A DNA stretch of 64,000 nucleotides from Octopus bimaculoides (Eukaryota), in contig NC_068981.1 in NCBI RefSeq assembly GCF_001194135.2, forward strand, positions 119,214,750-119,278,749, in the 5' to 3' direction. Of the stretch, positions 10,480 through 22,799 are shown one piece after another. Numbering within the stretch: the first letter of the stretch is position 1; each line of letters starts with the position of its first letter. Under the pieces are notes generated by a model. It saw nothing but the letters and a program-made list of their open reading frames with translations, did not search any database and had not been told where the DNA came from. The position numbers and the translations under genes are program-made.

Positions 10480-11260
10480 TAACAAGCATGGATTTGATCT
10501 GTTGGAGTTGCATTTGTTTTTGGCCGTGAGTTGTGGCTTTTTTAGATAGATGCTTATTTATAGCTCAGATAGTGTGGGTTTTTTTTCCTTCTGTTGTTGT
10601 TGCTAACTTTTGTGTTATTCTTATTGAATAGCTTGTATATGATTGGGAAGTATTAGGTAATTAATGTTAGGAAGTTGCTACGCTTAGGTTGAAAAGTGAG
10701 TTGAATCGAATGATGTTTCATTCTCTGGTTTTCTTTGATTTATGTTTCATTTATGTAAGTTTTTGGCATGCATTCTCATTTTTCTTTGAACTTATTTGTT
10801 TTAAGGTTTCATTGTTGGAAGATGATGCTTGGTTGAATATTGTTTCATTGAATGATTGCAGAGATATACCTACTTATGTTGTTGACTAAGCTTATTATTA
10901 CAGAAGGTGAATGGTTAGAATGTTTGTTATATAGTGGGACTTCCTTCAGTTTTCCTTGACAATAATGTTCTACTAAAGTCTTGTTGAGGAAGTCTATTAT
11001 AGGTAGGATGGTTTGAATATTTATTTTGAGCTTGAACTCTATAAAGATAGTTATATTAGATTTTTCTCGATGTATTTAATTTTTGACTGTCCATGTTTTG
11101 GAAGATTTCTTATCTTTCATTCATGTATGTGTAGGGACCTTGCTTGGCCCTGCCTGAGATTTGAAACCAAATCCACTTTCTTGTTGCTTGTCAAACAAGT
11201 GTGAACTCCTTTGTGTTTGCATCTCCGTACCAGATGATTAATAGGAAACACTAGACCTAG
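10480..11260 (-). mobile_element. Penelope-like element remnant (RT thumb/linker region)
   Basis: Minus-strand peptide pieces SNHSPSVIISLVNNISR, NETIFNQASS and KLFNKNNTKVS resemble the PLE region between RT and GIY-YIG; degenerate. Confidence 0.55.
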
Positions 11261-11759
11261 AACATTTTGTTGGTAACAGAAAGGTCAGTCCATTGTTTAG
11301 GATTTGACCTACTTTCCTGAACATAGACTATATAACAGAGGGCATTTCTTTTTCCCATCTCTTTGACTTTCTCTCAACATCTGAAGAGCAGCTTTCAGCC
11401 GGAATCATAAATAGACAATGCCATCTTTATCCTTTCTTCCTCTCTATCAGCAAAGTGCAATCCTTACTCTTTCTTCCCCTATGCACAACTACCAACCACC
11501 TGCAAGCAACAAACATATCAACACATTGTCAGTGTCAACTATGCACAATTACTGTTATCTGTCTTACTAACAGTTGTGAGCAAATAAATCTGTAAATATT
11601 ATTCTGTATTCTTCAGTGTTCTTCTTCCCTTGATATCTCCACTGTGAGAACCTTACATCTTCACTTCAACAGTAATTCCATCTAAACACTACATATGTAT
11701 GTTTATATGTGTATGTATGTGTGTGCGCACGCACACACACACACACATGCATTCCTTTA

Positions 11760-12099
11760 TTCTTTTATTTTATTTTTTCACTTGTTTCAGTCAGTTGACT
11801 GTGGTCATGGTGGAGCACCACCTTGAGGGGTTTTAGTTGTAAAAATCAACCCCAGGACTCATTTTTTTAAAGCCTGGTAGTTAGTCTATCAGCTCTTTTG
11901 CCAGACTGCTAAGTCACAGAAATGTAAATACACCAACACCAGTTCTTGAGTGGTATGGGGGACAATGCAGATGCAAAGACACAAAGACACACACACATGA
12001 TAGGTTTCTTTTAGTTTCTGTCTACCAGATCCACTGAAACAACTATTATTTCATAACAGCAAGTCAGATTGTAGTCATTACAGAAGAATTTTGCCTTTA

Positions 12100-12130
<31 letters not shown>

Positions 12131-12330
12131 CACACATACACGCACGTGCACACACACACACATGCATATATACAATGGGCTTCTTTCAGTTTCTGTCGCC
12201 CAAATCCATTCATGAAGCTTTAGTTGGTCCGAGGCTATAGTAGAAGATACTTGCCCAAGGTGCCACACAGTGAGACTGTACTCTGAACCATGTGGTCGGG
12301 AAGCAAGCTTCTTACCACACAGTCACACAT
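11760..12330 (-). mobile_element. SINE (abundant family with CA/TA microsatellite core)
   Basis: Shares the head (GTGTGGTAAGAAGCTTGCTTCC..CCTTGGGCAAG) and tail (CAGTCAA.TGACTGAAACAAGT) with many other copies in the window. Confidence 0.8.
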
Positions 12331-12559
12331 GTGTCTGCTTTGTGGAAATTACTTCCTAAATTTGGCAACCAACAAAAATTTACCACAATCAGGTGGTTTC
12401 TCTAAGACAACATAAAAAAAGCAAAACACATGCAGTACTTGTCTTCCACAACAGAACTGTTAGACGTGAGAACTGGATAAAGTTAGGGATATGTAATTTT
12501 TTCCCTACACTCTTTTCCAACTTTCTTTCAACTATGCTCCAATTCATTGTAGGTAAGTT

Positions 12560-13300
12560 CCCATTTGCCCAGATTTCATGTTGTAATGAAAGTTATTCAT
12601 GGCAAGTTACTCAACTCTGACAAGCTCTGTCTTAGTAATTGAACTTCAGTACACTAGTGATGCACTGGTGTGACTTCAACAGAACTATGATAACTGACAT
12701 TTTCAGTAATGCAAATAGGGTTGTGGATATGTCAGCATAAGTCAAAAATGGATTTTGTATTATTGGAAACCCAACAAGCAGGAACCCAATCCAGCCAACA
12801 GAGTGCATGGATAGATTGTTGAAAATATAGAGTACTTCCATATTTGGGTAGTTGTCTGTCCCAGGACACAGATAATGATAAGGAGATCCCACATCAAATA
12901 AAATGTACCAGCATAACCTATTTTTGGCTGTTTGAGAAAACAGGTATATGAAAATCATGACAAGTCAAACATATGGAAAAGAAATGCGGATAATTTGTCA
13001 TGACAACTTCATTCACTGGAAATATACCACCAGAAATTTTAGGAAAATTGTACTCATCCATTGGCAAAAGAGAGGGAGAAAAATCAGTGTGCTCACCAAG
13101 CCGATATCACCTCCAGTGAAACAACAATTAACTTCAAAAGGCTAGCTGTGTCTTACAAATGCTAAACCATTGGTTGACCAAACAACTCTTTGATAACCAG
13201 CTAACAAAGGTGAGCATACATGAAGAGGACAAAGGAAATGGTTCAAAGACATTTTCAAAGGAAATTTAGAAAGATATGGCAACAATGTATCTGAGTTGGA
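12560..13300 (+). mobile_element. Highly degenerate piggyBac-like transposase fragment
   Basis: Residual DNFxTG-like, VDQ..NNS and KRTKKW-like motifs in shifting frames. Confidence 0.4.
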
Positions 13301-13741
13301 ATTGTTGGCAACTAAGCACGTATCCTTAGATGTTAGATCATTATATGTACACACACACACACACACACACACAGATGAAGCCATTGTGTTGCCTATGATC
13401 AAAGGAACTCGGTGACTTCTTACTATGTTATTTCAGCAGAATTCTGGTTTAAATACCCCACATAACCCCTGATGACTGTTTTTTCTATCTTTTGGAATTT
13501 TCATAAAGTTTTTGTGAATTTGTGTCGTACACACGAGAATTCATATGATTATCCCCACCCACCAAAATTGTGTGTCATTTAAGGGCGATTTAGCACATCC
13601 CTCAGCCACCTGATGCTGTCCTTGTTTCTTTTGTCACTCTGACATGTATTGATATTTTAAAATATTTTTCTGTCCTTAAACACATTCAATGGAATAAAGA
13701 TGCACCCAAGGAAGGGTTTTATTTTTAAGTATTAAAAAAAG

Positions 13742-13769
<28 letters not shown>

Positions 13770-13775
<6 letters not shown>

Positions 13776-14295
13776 TTTTTTTGTTTACTCTTTTCACTTG
13801 TTTCAGTCATTTGACTGCGGCCATGCTGGGGCACCGTCTTTAGTCGAGCAAATCGGCCCCAGGACTTATTCTTTGTAAGCCTAGTACTTATTCTATCGGT
13901 GTCTTTTACGGAGACGTAAACACACCAGCATCGGTTGTCAAGCGATGTTGGAGGGACAAACACAGACACACAAACATACACATACATATATATATATACA
14001 TATATACGACAGGCTTCNNNNNNNNNNNNNNNNNNNNNNNNNNNNNNNNNNNNNNNNNNNNNNNNNNNNNNNNNNNNNNNNNNNNNNNNNNNNNNNNNNN
14101 NNNNNNNNNNNNNNNNNNNNNNNNNNNNNNNNNNNNNNNNNNNNNNNNNNNNNNNNNNNNNNNNNNNNNNNNNNNNNNNNNNNNNNNNNAGGCTTTGGTC
14201 GGCCCGAGGCTATAGTGGAAGATACTTGCCCAAGGTGCCATGCAGTGGGACTGAACCCGGAACCATGTGGTTGGTAAGCAAGCTACTTACCACAG
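13770..14295 (-). mobile_element. SINE, same family as 11760-12330 (internal N gap)
   Basis: Direct sequence similarity to the other copies. Confidence 0.85.
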
Positions 14296-14327
14296 AATTC
14301 CCGTGTGTAGAATACAAATTCGCAAAA

Positions 14328-14562
14328 AATTTCCGGAAATTCCAAAAATGAAATAGTTATGAAGGGTTATATGAGATTCTTAAACCAGAATTCCGCTGTT
14401 ATTTCCTTATTTTAGTTTCTGTTTGTGTTTTGCGACAGTCGCAATATCGATAAAAAATAAAAAAATTAGCAGACGATATCGAAGTCACTTTCCATTAAGT
14501 TTCACGCATGCGTACTTGTGACTAAACGACAAAATCGTTGAGCTAAGATGGCGCTGTCATGA
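14328..14562 (+). promoter_or_regulatory. Putative Miro promoter: ETS-like, DRE, NRF-1-like and YY1-like motifs
   Basis: AATTTCCGGAAATT (14328-41), TATCGATA (14445-52), ACGCATGCGT (14504-13) and AAGATGGCG (14545-53), in a CpG-rich non-repeat stretch 0.4-0.6 kb upstream of the Miro ATG. Confidence 0.55.
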
Positions 14563-14934
14563 GGCTTCTACTCTGCCATATTAGCTGTTACTCAACCTTT
14601 TCTTATACGGAAAACATTTCCTACGATTGTACATAGCATTTTCACATCACAAAATAGGGATTTATTCAAACTTATATCTAAAAATTTTGCCTCTTAGTCG
14701 AACATTTTTTCTTAATACGATATCATTTGTAAGAAAGAAGACAAATGTGCGATGGGTCGGACCATGTCGTTTCGGTTGTATTTTTCTGAATTCTATTCAG
14801 AGTGGTGTGTCTGACTGCACTTTATCAAATTATATTTGAGAGTTTGATGAAGACATATATCACTCATTAACTTCAGAATTAAAAGCTCCCTATCTTGACG
14901 GCATTTGTCTGTGATTAACCAACCAACCTTAAAA

Positions 14935-14974
14935 ATGGTTCGAAAAGACGTCAGGATTTTATTAGTCGGAGATC
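14935..14974 (+). CDS. RHOT1: Mitochondrial Rho GTPase (Miro) coding exon 1
   Basis: AAAAATGG start; MVRKDVRILLVGD plus C; donor GTGAGT at 14975. Matches the Miro N-terminus (human MKKDVRILLVGE). Confidence 0.93.
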
Positions 14975-15978
14975 GTGAGTATTGCATTTAGATTCTAGAT
15001 ATTAAAAAAAAGAAACCAACAACACATACTGTCATGTTTACATATAATTATGCTAACATTTACATGCAATGCATTTGTGAATCATATTTTGGATCAATTA
15101 ATTTTTGTACAGATGTTTTATTACCGGTCAAATAGCTCCTAGAAGTACACACGCTTTTACAGACTGAAGATTGAGACGAAATTTAAGTTCTCTCTCCCGT
15201 GTTCTAATTTCAACTAAATCGTTTCGGCTTTTATTTCATCTGGAGGTCGATAAAATAAATATTCATGTCCATCTGTGATAGAGCCCTGTCGTTTATCCCC
15301 ACCCTAATGTGTCATCTGTTATTGGATTTACTAATCAACTGGAATTATCTTGGGTATTTTATTTTTCTATTAAAAATACGGTACATCGTTGTCACTTTTA
15401 CTATATTTCTTTTTCTGATTCGCTTTGCTTTGTTCTCTTCATCCTATGATTATCCATACGATAAGTACCTGCGTTACACTAAGGTCGATTCGGTTGACAG
15501 TTCCCTCGCCTTATTTTTCTGTAAAAATAGAAAAGTAAATTTATTCTGCAGAGAACAAACAATGATCTATTTACTTGGTCTTCTTAATATATTTAAAAAA
15601 TGTTTTGAACAGGTCTTGAAGCAGATAATAAGTGAAGGAGCAATAGAGAAAGTATCTCGTGTTAAAGCAATGCCGTTCGGTTAGATAGCATTAGGCAGCT
15701 TGTCTACTTGCCCGACTTTCTCCTCTAGCGTAAGAATGGTTCTTCAATATTTGAAAGGAGATTTCAATGTCAATGCAAACGCGTGGAATTTTTACGCATT
15801 TCTTTCATCGCTATTTTTATTTATTTACTTTTGGAGGCATTTTGGGGTTTTTCTGTTGTATAACCGTTATATCGTTTATTAACTTTTGTCTTTCTCAACT
15901 AACACATGTACAATGATATTGATGTGTGTGTATCTGTCTACGGGCAATGTTTCGTTAAGACCATAATCGAAACATTGC

Positions 15979-16019
<41 letters not shown>

Positions 16020-16899
16020 GTATATGTGTGTGTATACACACGTACGTACTTTTTCCTAACTCAAAATCAGAACAGCTAAATCTGTTTCCTTAATTGTTAG
16101 ATGCAGCTAATTACAGTTGGAGTAAATAGACCGGTGAGAGTTATGAACGTCATAGCATCCTATCTATTTTTTCATTTCTTAATCAGGAGTCCCCCATCTG
16201 TGTGTGTATGTATATGGAGACTTATACACACACGTGTGTGTGTAATGTCTGTGTAATTAGTTTAAAAGAGTTAACTCGGCTCCTGGTGAGCTATGTTTGC
16301 ATTCTTGGTTTCGATTCCTGTATGTAGCTATCTTAGTCGATTAATGCCCTTGAAAGCAGTATGATTTTTTTAAAACGAAAACATACAATTATTGCTGTAT
16401 TATTGCATAATCATCGGATATTCATTGTTTTTTTTTTGTTGTAAAATAACCAAATGAATTGTTGAATTCTTGATGGAAAGTATCTTTGGTTATTACATCC
16501 TATTGAAGTTGACTTCACCTTTCATCCTTCAGGGGTCGATACAATATAAACACCAGTCAAGTACTGTGTCGATCTAATTGATTTTTTCATTTCAAAATGT
16601 TGTGCCCTTGTATTTAATGTTATCACATTGTTAATTCAATTTATGTAATTAGGTGGCAGACGGAAGTAGCTTGCCAAGATCATAATCACAGTCAAGGCAT
16701 TAAGGATAGGTATAATTTTATTCTAACAGGCTTTTGCGTGGGAGGAGTCTGTTTCTCTGTAATAAAGCACTACGTATGATTTTTGTGTATCCATAATTGC
16801 AATATCATATTTTGTTATGATCAGCTTGATGATGAATGGAAATGATCTAATATGTGTTAATACATAATTATCATAGAGATTAAACTTGTTTAGCACTGC

Positions 16900-17360
16900 A
16901 CACTGATTATAATAATGATATCTTGTATTGGCATAAGACCGCTTATTTATATGGTCGATTGAATCGACTCGGTATTTTACAAGTACATATTTTGTAGCTC
17001 CCTTGCGTGAAAAGCGGAATCAACAGTAATAATTCTCTTTGCGGATAGGGGCTAGTCGATTACGTCGACTGGTACTTATTTTATCGATCTTGAAAGGATG
17101 AAAGGCAAAGTTGAAGAAATGTAGCTAAGTATTTTATCCAACACGCTGACGATTCTGCCAGCTAGCGGCATTGGAATCTACAATAAAAAATGTTTCTAAT
17201 ATAAGCACAAGGCTTTAAATTTGTGAGAGAGGGTTTAGTCCATTATATCAACTAGTTAATCTTGACGGGATTTTGAACTCAAAATGTAAAGAAATGGAAC
17301 AACTACTGCAAGACACTTTGACCGACGCACTGATGATTTTGCCAATTCACCACCCTCACG
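16900..17360 (-). mobile_element. Tandem cluster of partial copies of a second SINE family
   Basis: Repeated GTCGAT..CGAC..CTGGTACTTATTTTATCGA..GAAAGGATGAAAGGCAAAG blocks; related copies near 16480, 38340, 39180 and 62740. Confidence 0.7.
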
Positions 17361-18059
17361 ACGGCTGATAAATAAGGATTTGCAGCAAGAACAAATTCCG
17401 TTTGGCATTTGTTTAATCCACCTCGTTAGGTTGAAAAGAAAAATAATAATAGTTAGGAGGTAGGCATGGTTGAATAGTTAAGAAATTCCCTTCGCAGTAA
17501 TGAGGTTCGATCCAGTTGCGTGTCATCACGAGTAAGTGTCTTTTAACATAGCTTCCAGTCGACTCAATGCTTGTAAGTAAAATGGTTTAACGGACACTAC
17601 TTAGCAGCCCATCAGATGGACTGCACCCGTAATCAAAGGTCCCACTTTGTCATATACTGACTGTATCAGGTTGATTGTCTCTAAAATTTATGCTAAAAGT
17701 GCTAAAGCTTTTCCGTTGATCAGATTTTTGGAATAGACAGTTTCACATTGTTACGTAACTACAAACTGAAAGAAAAAAATACATCTATGTTTGTATGTAT
17801 TTTTAAAATTTTGTTACACAAACTAGTTTTCTTTTCTCACCCTCTATAATAGCTGTGGGAATTTTTTTTTTTTTTGCTTCACATGTTGCATGTTGTATGT
17901 ATTTACGAAGCGTGGTTGCTACAGGACTAAAACCGGATGCTTCCTTGGTATGTTAGTTCGTGAACTCAGTTTTTTGGTCTTTCTGATTTGGCGGACACCA
18001 TTTTTTATTTAGTGTTTATCCAGTTTTTTTTTACCCCGAGTTCTAATTGCACTGTAACT

Positions 18060-18432
18060 TTTTTGTTTCAGTCGACTGCGGCCATGGCATGGTCTTGAGG
18101 AATTTTAGTCGATTGAATCGACCCCACTACCTGTTTTCTTTTTAAGCCTGGTACTTTATAGGTTTCTTTTGCTCGAACCACGATATTATGTGGACTTCAA
18201 CTCACCAACACCGATTGTCAAGTGGTGTGTATGGGGGAGGATAAAGACACTTACACGACAGGCTTCTTTCAGTTTCCGTCTAACGTATCTACTCACAAAG
18301 ATTTGGTCAGCCCGACACTATAGTAGAAGACACTTTGGTTAATGGGTCAAGATGTAAACATTAACCGACACTTTCCCAAAGTGCCACTATGTGGTTGACT
18401 AGCAAACTTCTTACCACACAGTCACGCCTGCG
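18060..18432 (-). mobile_element. SINE, same family as 11760-12330
   Basis: Shared head and tail blocks. Confidence 0.75.
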
Positions 18433-19104
18433 CCTATAGTTGACATTTTTTTATTATCGTAAAGGGTAACAAATGAGCTAGAAATAAGTACTCGTAAGAT
18501 GCCGAGAGTTGATTCAATTAACTAATACTCTTACCCTAAAAAGTCTAATCATAAATTATTTTACAACGATTGCATCGAGATTGTACTTATTAATCCTTCT
18601 TTCATTACCATCCAGAATTCGTTGGGTGGGTGGGTTTTCGATCAGTTAATTATTTAATTAATCTTCCCTTCCTTTATATATATGTGTGTGCGTGCGTGCA
18701 TACTTCCACGTTGTGCCCTCCCCCCTCGACTTTGTTTCCTCATAACTTTTAATGAAATTTTCTACAAATATTTTTCAGATGATTGTGCATTTTGACTATA
18801 TTGGAGTTTAATATGAATTAAAAAAAAAAAGAGTAAGCTACACATACACACTCTAAAACACATCACATAAATTTTCTCATAATTTCAAGTTTCATTTGAA
18901 GCGATATATGTTATATGTGTCAGTATGTATGTGTGCGCACCCACCATATCTTGTTTCACATTAAATTTCGATATAATCACCTGAAAAGGTATTTGCAAAA
19001 AATGTAATTATAGAATATCCATTTTTCTGAAAGTAATGAGGGAACAAAGTCAAGGGACACACTTCTGTGGATATGCTTGTATATATATATATATATATAT
19101 GAGG

Positions 19105-20120
19105 CATATGAGTTCAGGGTACAAGTAGGGGTTCACCAAGGATCAGTCCTCAACCACCTCTTATTCATCATAGTCCTCCAGGCAATAACAGAGGAATTTA
19201 AGTCAGGCTGTCCCTAGGAGCTCCTCTATGCTGATGACTATGTTCTTATAACTGAATCACTACCAGAACTAAAGAAGAAATTTCAGGCTTGAAAGCAAGA
19301 ACTAGAATCAAAGGGCCGTAAAGTTAATGTAGCAAAAACCAAAGTTTTAGTAAGTAGGAAAGAAGACAAATCATAAATCCCTTCAGGCAGATGGCCCTGC
19401 TCGATATGTAAAAAAGGCATAGGTAGAAACTCCATAAGATGTACCCAGTGCAAGCTATGGACACATAAGAAGTGCAGCAATATTAGAGGAAGGTTAACAG
19501 GAAAAATAGTCTGTGTTTGTGGCAGGTGCACAAATACAATAGACATTAGAAATGTACAGGAAAATAGACTCCATCAAATGCTTGAGGGGATACCTAGAAG
19601 TAGCTGATAGATTCCATTATTTAGGTGACCAAGTCAGCAGCAGAGGTGGTTGCTCTGAGAGCATATCTGCTAGAATAAGAATAGGCTAGGCAAAGTTCAG
19701 AGTGCTTCTACTTCTGTTGGTAACTAAAAGCCTCTCCCTCAGAGTGAAAGGTAGATTGTATCATGCCTGTGTGTGAACAGCCATGCTACATGGCAGTGAA
19801 ACATGGGCTGTGACCGCTGAGGACATGCATAGGCTTGTAAAAAATGAAGCTAGTATGCTTCGCTGGATGTGCAATGTTAGTGTGTATGTACGACAGTGTG
19901 TAAGCATCTCAAGATAAAAGTTGGGCATAAGTGGCATTGGATGTGTGCAAGAGAGACAACTGCACTGGTATGGATGAAGACAGCTGTGCAAAAAAGTGCT
20001 GATCTGTAACTGTGGAGGAAACTTATGAAAGAGGTAGACCAAGGAAGATATAGAACAAGGTGGTGAAGCATGATCTTTGAATGTTGGGCCTCACAGAGGC
20101 AATGAAAAGTGACCAAGACT
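19105..20120 (+). mobile_element. RTE LINE 3' ORF2 fragment
   Basis: GVHQGSVL, ELLYADD, WPCSICKKGIGRNSIRCTQC zinc-finger-like segment; stops present. Confidence 0.85.
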
Positions 20121-20124
20121 AAGT

Positions 20125-22400
20125 CTGACAACTCTTTGCTTTCACCAACACTTTATTTACATAGATTGAAGCAATGACAAAAAGGGTCTTCAGTATACCT
20201 GAAATGTGAAAGAAAAGATGATGGATAATAAAATAAATAATGTACAGCAAATTGAATGTAATGTAATAAATGATATATATGTGTTTAGTTATAATCCTCT
20301 ATGCCCTCCTCAAGTCTTTGGAGGGAAGCAAAGAAGACTGATAATATGTAGTAAATGGTTAGAGAAAATGGGATAATTAATGTGAGAAACAGTTAATTAA
20401 TATTGATGGTGTGACGATCTAGGGGCAATGTGTCAGTTAGTGCATCAGGCTTTTGTGTCAGTTTTTGCCAGTCTGGCGGAGCGATGAACACGGTGATTGC
20501 TAGATGGAGGATCAGCTACATCAGGCAAGGGCTACTCTTGGAGGCCAGGGGTGTTGTGTGGGCATAAGGCCTGAAGGGTTCTTGGGGTACTGCCATTGGT
20601 GGCACATCCTGAGGTAGTGAAGGTAGGAGAAGTTGACATGGCTCTAGGGGTAGGTGGTGAAAATGGGTTCCCAGTTGTGGTGGTCTTGGTGTCGGGAAAT
20701 GGGTGTGTTGGGTAGGCCTGAGGCATGGGTGGTGTAGCCGCAGGAATTGCTGTTAAATTGGGTTGAAAAGGTAGTCTCATCATTGGTTTTGGCATCAGGA
20801 ATGCAGGTGGTCCAGGGACCATGAGTGGTGGTGCATGAGGAACTACTGGTAGATACTTTCAGAGGAATTTTCTCTTGGGCAGAGTGACTCAGCCTCAGTC
20901 ATCCACTCTCACTACGTACCGATCGAACTGGCATACCTCTACGATGACCCCAGTTTTTTCCCATTTTGTAGGATTAGGTCCAACTTGATTCTGGATTTGG
21001 ATATAGTCTCCAGCAGTCAGTAGTGGAAGTGGGCATGTGTGTTCTGATAACCATTCAGTAGCACACATGTGGTGGTTACACAAGGCTTCTTCGTGAGAAG
21101 TCATAGTCTCACACCATGTGAAGTGTGACTGGTACTTGCTGGGATGGATGGGAATAAAGACTCATATTGGGTGGCCAAAGATGCATATGGCTGAGGACAA
21201 GTGTGTCTCGATCAGGTATATTTCTGTATTGTAGCATTGTGCACTGGAAACTGTCAGTGTTGAGGAAGCCATTGGCATCAGTGTTGTCTGTAATGAGGCA
21301 CTTTATTGTCTTGACACTGATTTTGGTGCAGCACTTGCCACAGGGAAATGCAACAGAGGTAATTCTGTGTTGCACTTCCTAATTATGGACAAAGATGACT
21401 ATTTGGTGAGAAGTAAACTTCCATCTGATGTCAGCTCATAGCTGGTGCCATGTCACAAAGATGCAGCGTTGGGCAGCAATAAGTCCCACTGCACCATTCA
21501 GTGCTTTCTCCACGATGGGCCATTTACTGTATCTGTCCACAGCTATGAGGTAGTGGTGGCCATGGTACTGGAAGTAATCGGCAACCAGGCTTTGGAATGG
21601 GTAGGCAGGGTTCATTGGAGGCATGGGGAGAGTGCCATTCGGTTGCAGGCTGAGCAGCATTCCCACATTTCAATAATGGCTGGAGTCATGCCTGGCTAGA
21701 AGAAGGATGTCTTTGCTCTGGAACATATTTGTGTTACGCCCTGATGCACTGAGTGTAATGCCTAAAGGACCTGCATGCAAAGGGAGGTAGCTATGACGAT
21801 CCTATCACAATACAGGATAACTCCATTGAAGCTGGCGAGTTCATTACAAAAACTGGTAGTACTGCTACAGCTCTGGGGGGACTTTGGAATGGTCCTCTGT
21901 GATTGTGTCCATCAGCTTGGGTTGCTGGTGGTAACAGTGTGGACCATGTTCCATGTGACATTGGACGATCTCCGTAACCAGTGAAATGTAGTCGCTGGGA
22001 GAGAATGTCGTAGTGTTGTCATCTCCGGTAGAGCATATGGTTGCTAGGAAAGACTCTGACAGAGACAGATGGCTGAGTGGCTCAGTTGGATGGGTCATGG
22101 CGGCAACATCGTCTGGGAGGTCTGGTGGTGTGGGCTTCCCAACAGTGTTGGCTGCTGCATGGTGAGCACCTGGTACATAAATGATGCTGAAGTTATACTG
22201 TAGAGTTTTTTCTTTCGGGTTGTGCAATCTCGGGATATCATCCAGGCAGCAATTACCAAATACTTTCAAGAGAGGTTTGTGGTCAACTGCAACAATGAGA
22301 TTGGTGCAGCCAATGGTGAAGTGGAGTGCTTTGTTCAACGCATTGGTAACCTCCAGTGCTTCATCCTCCTGCAAAATTGGTACAGAGTTCTCTTTAGTAA
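20125..22400 (-). mobile_element. Gypsy/Ty3 LTR retrotransposon fragment (RNase H and integrase)
   Basis: RNase H LIVAVDHKPLLKVFG, integrase PFQSLVADYFQYHGHHYLIAVDRYSKWP, GPY/F-like IQNQVGPNPTKWEKTGVIVEV. No paired LTR was identified; the left boundary is uncertain. Confidence 0.8.
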
Positions 22401-22799
22401 GAGCAGAAGGATATTAATATGAAGTTTGTCAGAAAAATATAAAATAATGCAATTTTATTTTTCATTTATAAATCATTGACACTAATTGTTTAGTTAGATT
22501 ATTGAGCCTGGTCTGTTGGTCATAGACCTGAAATGCCTCTACATTATGAAAATCTGATGCTTGGAGACAATGTCTTTATTCTGCTGGTAAATAACTAGTA
22601 TTTTTTTCATTAGTTTGAATAATAGTAATTCTTTTTCCTTTGTTTTTTTATTTTTTTAAAGGAATCCCTATAATGTTAACTGTAAAAAACTTTCAATGGA
22701 AATATGTTGAAATTCATATCAATTTAAAGTTAGCACCCATCTAAGACACTCTACAATTTTATGAGTGACTGACTACAATTTTACAGAATCTGAACCATA

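Noticed and set aside
15265-15684. 139-aa ORF at the start of Miro intron 1
   Set aside because: F/L/I-rich composition typical of AT-rich non-coding DNA; no recognisable domain or supported splice structure.
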